From Promethearchaeota archaeon (GTDB lineage: Archaea; Asgardarchaeota; Lokiarchaeia; Sigyniarchaeales; SOKP01), in the NCBI GenBank assembly GCA_019894975.1, contig JAGXNO010000074.1, positions 1 through 12,165 of the forward strand: a stretch of DNA of 12,165 bases. The letters are read 5' to 3'. Of this stretch, positions 7,909 through 12,165 are shown piece after piece. Every line of letters starts with the position of its first letter. Position 1 is the stretch's first letter. The notes beneath the pieces were generated by a model. That model did not search any database. It had not been told where the DNA came from and was given only the letters and a program-made list of their open reading frames with translations. A program made the translations under genes and the position numbers.

Positions 7909-8469
7909 TGTGATTGATCATATTTAAATTCCGATCATTTTGCTAAATTATGTTGCGCGATCTACAAAAAGCGTGATCGAGATAATCAATAATGATCGGC
8001 TTGATGGATTTTTCGTTTGGGAAATAAATATGTGATAGGCGTTTTATCTTGATCAAAATGTACGTTTTTGATAGAAAATAAATAATTGGTGATTGATTCC
8101 GAAAACTTCCAATGTGTTGATGTCATTTTTGGGAATTTTTTCACGTATCACATGACGGAAAAAGTACTATCATACTAAAATATATGCGTTTCTAGGAACT
8201 TCTACATGGTAATTTTTTATTATAATTTATAACCAAAATGCAAAGATTACTTATTAAATATAAAAATCCCATCACAATGGGTTTGCCGTTTTCGGTCATG
8301 CGCATCAACAAAAAAAGATCAAAAGAATAATTTTGACAGATTCCGGAAGAAATGATTCCCATTCGCGACGGAAAACATTTATATACGAGCATTGAATTAT
8401 GATGAATAGTCAAAAAAATAAAAAAAGTTAGTAAAAAAAATCAAAATAAATGGATGTGATAACCGAAAA
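7909..8469. repeat. Degenerate short-motif array (TGAT / GATC / YGAYVGAAAA) around an AT-rich core
   Basis: 11 TGAT in 7911-8121; GATC at 7916, 7933, 7959, 7975, 7994, 8051 and 8317; AT-rich stretch at about 8210-8266. Confidence 0.55.
8369..8385 (+). promoter_or_regulatory. BRE-TATA promoter of the 8469 gene
   Basis: cggaaaac-aTTTATATA: purine-rich BRE-like segment followed by a TATA box about 85 bp upstream of the ATG. Confidence 0.5.
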
Positions 8470-8810
8470 TGGAACCAATCCAAAAAATAGAAGAAGAGGC
8501 TGAGGTAATAGCAGACGTCAAGAGATCCCAAATTTACGAATTCTGCCGAGAAGTAGGGAAAGAGACCTTGGAGGAAGTGTGTCCCGCTCTGTTAAATTTA
8601 GCACTAGACTCCGAGAGGGGAATGCTCAAAAACCAGTTAGGGAATGTAATATTTCATTTACAAAAGAACGAGCGCATTAATACCGTAATTGGTCTACAAA
8701 AGTTAATCGATGCGGGTTTAATCGTGAATCCTGAGGGGTTATTCAAAATTCTCGAGGAATCGGACGAGGATGCGAAAGCCCTTGCCAAAAAAATAAAGGG
8801 AGTATTATAA
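8469..8810 (+). CDS. Small helical hypothetical protein (113 aa)
   Basis: ATG with GTGAT ribosome-site-like element upstream and T-tracts downstream; all-alpha amphipathic pattern; no family recognised. Confidence 0.82.
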   Translation: MEPIQKIEEEAEVIADVKRSQIYEFCREVGKETLEEVCPALLNLALDSERGMLKNQLGNVIFHLQKNERINTVIGLQKLIDAGLIVNPEGLFKILEESDEDAKALAKKIKGVL

Positions 8811-8832
8811 CTTTTTTTCAATCTTTTTTATT
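8811..8832 (+). terminator. Oligo-T terminator
   Basis: ctttttttcaatcttttttatt directly after the stop codon. Confidence 0.45.
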
Positions 8833-8971
8833 CGGGTTTAAGACCATATTTTTTTCTTAGTTTCTCATTTCTTAAATAAATCAAAAGATTGAAATTTAAT
8901 AATAGCGTTTTTATTTATCAAAGATATTAACATTAATGAACAAACCGAGTTAAATCCAAGAGTGAAAAATT

Positions 8972-9430
8972 TTGTTAAAAATAAAAGAGAATTTATGGAA
9001 AATTGCGATAATAGCTGGGATATTTGGGATTATTTCAATTTTCACGCCAACATTATATATTGATAGTGATAAAGCATTTGTTTGGGTATGGAATTTATAT
9101 GTTTCAAATGGCTCTGTCGATTTTGTTCAAGTTGACGAACCATTATATAATATAGGAGTTGTGGCTACGATTATAATATCAATTGGTACATTGATAACTC
9201 TCTCCTCAGGAGTAATCTCGAAGGTTAAAGATAGAAGTTTGAACTTAGTTTATTTAATTGGGGGTATTCTGTTATTACTTGGTCCTATAATTTATTTAGC
9301 TGGCATCACTGTGGAAGATAAAGCTCTTTGGGATTATGTTGAGGTTAATATAGGGAGTATACTTCCATTTATTGCAGGAGCATTACTATTGTTGGGGACT
9401 GGTATTGTTATTTCTAAGAGAAAATCATAA
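8972..9430 (+). CDS. Four-TM membrane protein, hypothetical
   Basis: Four hydrophobic segments; TP after TM1, then a W.W.L loop; TTG start. Confidence 0.8.
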   Translation: MLKIKENLWKIAIIAGIFGIISIFTPTLYIDSDKAFVWVWNLYVSNGSVDFVQVDEPLYNIGVVATIIISIGTLITLSSGVISKVKDRSLNLVYLIGGILLLLGPIIYLAGITVEDKALWDYVEVNIGSILPFIAGALLLLGTGIVISKRKS

Positions 9431-9492
9431 ATCATTGATCAGATCCAATCGAGAGTTAAGAAGGACTTATGAATTATTAAAAGGGTACAATA

Positions 9493-10098
9493 TTACATCT
9501 CTATAGTTTTTCCACACTTACTACAAAAACTAGCATTAAGAGAAACGGGTTTTCCGCAATGAGGGCAGAGGTTTTTTGGTGCCATTGCTGTTATCAGCCT
9601 AGACTTTTTTTTCAACCGAACTTCTTTCTCAGTTACCGAAACAAAAATACCCGTTCCTATTGCAATAATACTTCCTATAATTGGTCCCATTGCTCCAAAT
9701 CCCGGATCTAAATAGGCCCAAATACCATATGTAAAAAACCCGTCATAAGTATAGAATTCTAATGATACTAGTGAAACGATAGTTGATACCAAAATTAGAA
9801 TACCACTAGCAGCCCAGAGTTTACCAAAATCTTTATCACTAAAATATCCTAGTCGATATAAATACCCTGTAATAATAAGTGCCAAAGCGAAGACTGTTAA
9901 TATTATAGCTACACTGATCCCAGTTATAAAATACACGTTTTCACTCATGAATTCAAACTTAGCTTCTGGTAATCTTGTATAAATCAAGCCCCAAATCCAA
10001 AGACTAAAAAAACTACCAGAAAAAGCTACAGGTGTTAACACACCTATGATTGTAATTATTCCGCTGCAAAAGGGGAAAGCCCAAGTATATCTTTTCAT
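9493..10098 (-). CDS. Four-TM membrane protein with C-terminal zinc ribbon
   Basis: Four hydrophobic segments; CPHCG..N.SFCSKCG zinc ribbon. Confidence 0.85.
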   Translation of the reverse strand: MKRYTWAFPFCSGIITIIGVLTPVAFSGSFFSLWIWGLIYTRLPEAKFEFMSENVYFITGISVAIILTVFALALIITGYLYRLGYFSDKDFGKLWAASGILILVSTIVSLVSLEFYTYDGFFTYGIWAYLDPGFGAMGPIIGSIIAIGTGIFVSVTEKEVRLKKKSRLITAMAPKNLCPHCGKPVSLNASFCSKCGKTIEM

Positions 10099-10272
10099 AG
10101 TAATAGCCCATTTTATCTTTTAATTCTGATCGGTAAATCTGGATTTAATATATTTGAATTATTTTTAACGTTATATAAATCTTTAGCTCATCCACTTCTT
10201 CAACTTCTTATAAGTATAAACTTTATTAGTATAATGTAATATCTTAAAATAAATCATAAAGGGATTATTTAG

Positions 10273-11556
10273 TTGAACAAATACAAATTTATTTTTGGAA
10301 CTCTCTTTTTCTTCCTCATCTGTTCCTCATTTACCGGGTCCAATACAAGTTATTTCGAATATTCTTATCACCCTACCTTAACAACTGAGATCGATACTCC
10401 ATTAGAGGATTTTACTATTACTGTTGGGTATAATGTCATTACTGGTATTGAAGAGGTAGAGTATTATAATATGAGTTCTGAAGATCAGTCTTTACAGACA
10501 ATAATTCCACCAGCTTTGGGCAAATACGATGAATGTGATGTTCTTCACTTTGATAATCCCTTTATTTCTTACGTTTTTCCCCCTGACGATAGAACCAAAA
10601 TCTCTTCTACATCAAATTTTCCTTGGAGTTCAATTTGTAAATTATATATAACTGCTGCGGATGAGACGAGATGGATTGGTTCTGGTGCGATGATAGATGC
10701 ATATCACGTGTTAACTGCTGGTCATATGGTATACCAACATGAGAATGGGGGGTGGGCAAGTCAGGTCGAAGTTATTCCAGGGATGAGGGAGAATTCTGAA
10801 CCCTTCGGAAATGCCTATGCTACATATATGCGTACCTATACTGGGTGGATCCAAGATGAAATGGAAGAGCATGATTGGGCAGTACTTACACTGGATCGAA
10901 CAATAGGTAATAAAACAGGATGGATGGGGAGAATGACGGCCAGTTCATCAGATCCGATTTATTTAGGAACTCTCCATACTGCGGGATATCCGGGTGATTT
11001 AGATCTTGGAGAAAATATGTACTATGTATCGGATGTAGGCGCGGATGCCGATGAGTTCAACCATTGGTACTGGATGGATACTGCGGGAGGGCAGAGTGGA
11101 AGCCCAGTATGGACAGAAATTAATGGGAGCGGATATATCTTGTCAATTCACGCATATGAGTACGTAGGTGGGGCTTATGCGAATTTTGGAACGAGATTAG
11201 ATCAAGATAAGTTTGATCAAATAAATGCATGGTTAGCAGCAGATACCCCCCCAGATTATAACCCTAATAGGTTGGATCCCATCGTAATTATAATTATTGT
11301 ATTAGTTACCACAGTTGGTATTATCGCAGTAGTTATAATTTTAAGAAGGGTACTAAGAAAATCTCCTTCTGATTTAAAGATTTATCAAGAGAATGCTAAT
11401 GATTATAACTCGGAAGTGAAAGTACCGGAAATTCAGAGAATAAAACTAGAGGCATTTAGATTTTGTCCAAAATGCGGAAGTGGGATCTTTCGAGACACCC
11501 AACGTTTTTGTACTAATTGCGGTACAACCCTCCTCAACTTAGGTTCAGAAGAATAG
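10273..11556 (+). CDS. Membrane-anchored trypsin-like (V8/glutamyl endopeptidase-type) serine protease with C-terminal zinc ribbon
   Basis: Signal peptide, DDR...FPWSSI, LTAGH (His), HDWAV (Asp), GYPGD, GGQSGSP (Ser); TM IVIIIIVLVTTVGIIAVVIIL followed by RRVLRK; CPKCG..RFCTNCG. Confidence 0.92.
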   Translation: MNKYKFIFGTLFFFLICSSFTGSNTSYFEYSYHPTLTTEIDTPLEDFTITVGYNVITGIEEVEYYNMSSEDQSLQTIIPPALGKYDECDVLHFDNPFISYVFPPDDRTKISSTSNFPWSSICKLYITAADETRWIGSGAMIDAYHVLTAGHMVYQHENGGWASQVEVIPGMRENSEPFGNAYATYMRTYTGWIQDEMEEHDWAVLTLDRTIGNKTGWMGRMTASSSDPIYLGTLHTAGYPGDLDLGENMYYVSDVGADADEFNHWYWMDTAGGQSGSPVWTEINGSGYILSIHAYEYVGGAYANFGTRLDQDKFDQINAWLAADTPPDYNPNRLDPIVIIIIVLVTTVGIIAVVIILRRVLRKSPSDLKIYQENANDYNSEVKVPEIQRIKLEAFRFCPKCGSGIFRDTQRFCTNCGTTLLNLGSEE

Positions 11557-11715
11557 TAGAACTACACCCCGAAATTTAATATATAGAGGAAATCTTAATT
11601 TATATAATAAAGTCTTATTTACTTATTTTGCACTTGATGAAAATGCTCGAGAAATATCATAAAAAACGGTTAGAACTAATTTTGTTCGATAACCACTTAG
11701 TTTTTCGTGTTGTAA

Positions 11716-11997
11716 GAGCAGAAGAGAGATTTCTTTATCAATGGCAATAACGTGAACGTAGTCCTTGAAGACTATTCCGGAAAATGCTGATATGAGATAT
11801 TGATTTAATAATCATTTAAGATTCTAGATCCTTTTAATCGTTTTGTTAATGAATCTCAGTGAAAAAGCAATTCAGTATATTTGATATTTTTTGATCTAAT
11901 ATATTGATATTTGAATTGGTATGGGTAGCTTTCTGATGATATTGTTGATTTGCTATTATATGCTTTTAATGCTTTAATTCAAGAGATACAAAGCTAA
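11716..11997 (+). pseudogene. Possible highly decayed fragment resembling a phage terminase large-subunit C-terminal nuclease domain
   Basis: One frame with several stops reads ..FINGNNVNVVLEDYSG...NSVYL...SDDIVDLLLYAFNAL..; resemblance judged by eye only. Confidence 0.3.
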
Positions 11998-12066
11998 TTA
12001 AATCTGCTTTTTCTTATTTGTAATTTTTGTTACTCTTTATTAGGTTATTGCATGATTAAGGTTTCT

Positions 12067-12165
12067 TTAGAAATATTTAGAATCATGCTCTTTTAAAGCG
12101 TCGGTAAGAACTAAGCATAGCTTCTCTAAAATTTTTGTATCGATTTTTTCAAGTGTATCTTGAGG
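12067..12165 (-). CDS. 3' end of a gene entering from the right edge, probably an M28-family peptidase
   Basis: PQDTLEKIDTKILEKLCLVLTDALKEHDSKYF* resembles the (H)TxxDT..ID C-terminal motif of M28 peptidases. Confidence 0.6.
   Translation of the reverse strand, partial: PQDTLEKIDTKILEKLCLVLTDALKEHDSKYF

Noticed and set aside
8192-8413. 73-aa ORF (-) in the divergent spacer
   Set aside because: TTG start, unprotein-like composition, overlaps the predicted promoter and motif array; more likely non-coding.
7870-8468. CRISPR array or canonical archaeal ORB origin
   Set aside because: No identical 25-40 bp repeats with unique spacers, no ORB consensus with G-string and no cdc6/orc1 in the window.
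11638-11750. Short + ORF MKMLEKYHKK... (about 37 aa)
   Set aside because: Short, no ribosome site or motif support.
11788-11950. Repeated TGATAT/TTGAT words
   Set aside because: Irregular spacing in T-rich low-complexity DNA; no definable unit.
1-12165. tRNA, rRNA, transposase, integrase or reverse transcriptase
   Set aside because: No recognisable signatures seen.

Overview
AT-rich window that looks archaeal (TATA/BRE-like boxes, GGTGA/GGAGG ribosome sites, oligo-T gene ends). The membrane and zinc-ribbon proteins resemble those of Asgard/Lokiarchaeia, which is an inference only. From left to right: the 5' part of a PAS-domain sensor gene (-); a divergent three-gene operon (MBL-fold hydrolase, radical SAM enzyme, alpha/beta hydrolase); the convergent metV-metF methylene-THF reductase pair (-); an orphan OppC/DppC-type permease longer than the ORF track shows (-); an ABM-type monooxygenase gene between direct repeats; a CpG-rich module of two small divergent hypothetical genes around a 600-bp TGAT/GATC-rich spacer with an AT-rich core; two related 4-TM membrane proteins; a membrane-anchored V8-like serine protease with a C-terminal zinc ribbon; a possible decayed terminase-like fragment; and the 3' end of a probable M28 peptidase. 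The best candidate for an undescribed system is the 7600-8810 module. The repeat-flanked ABM gene is second.
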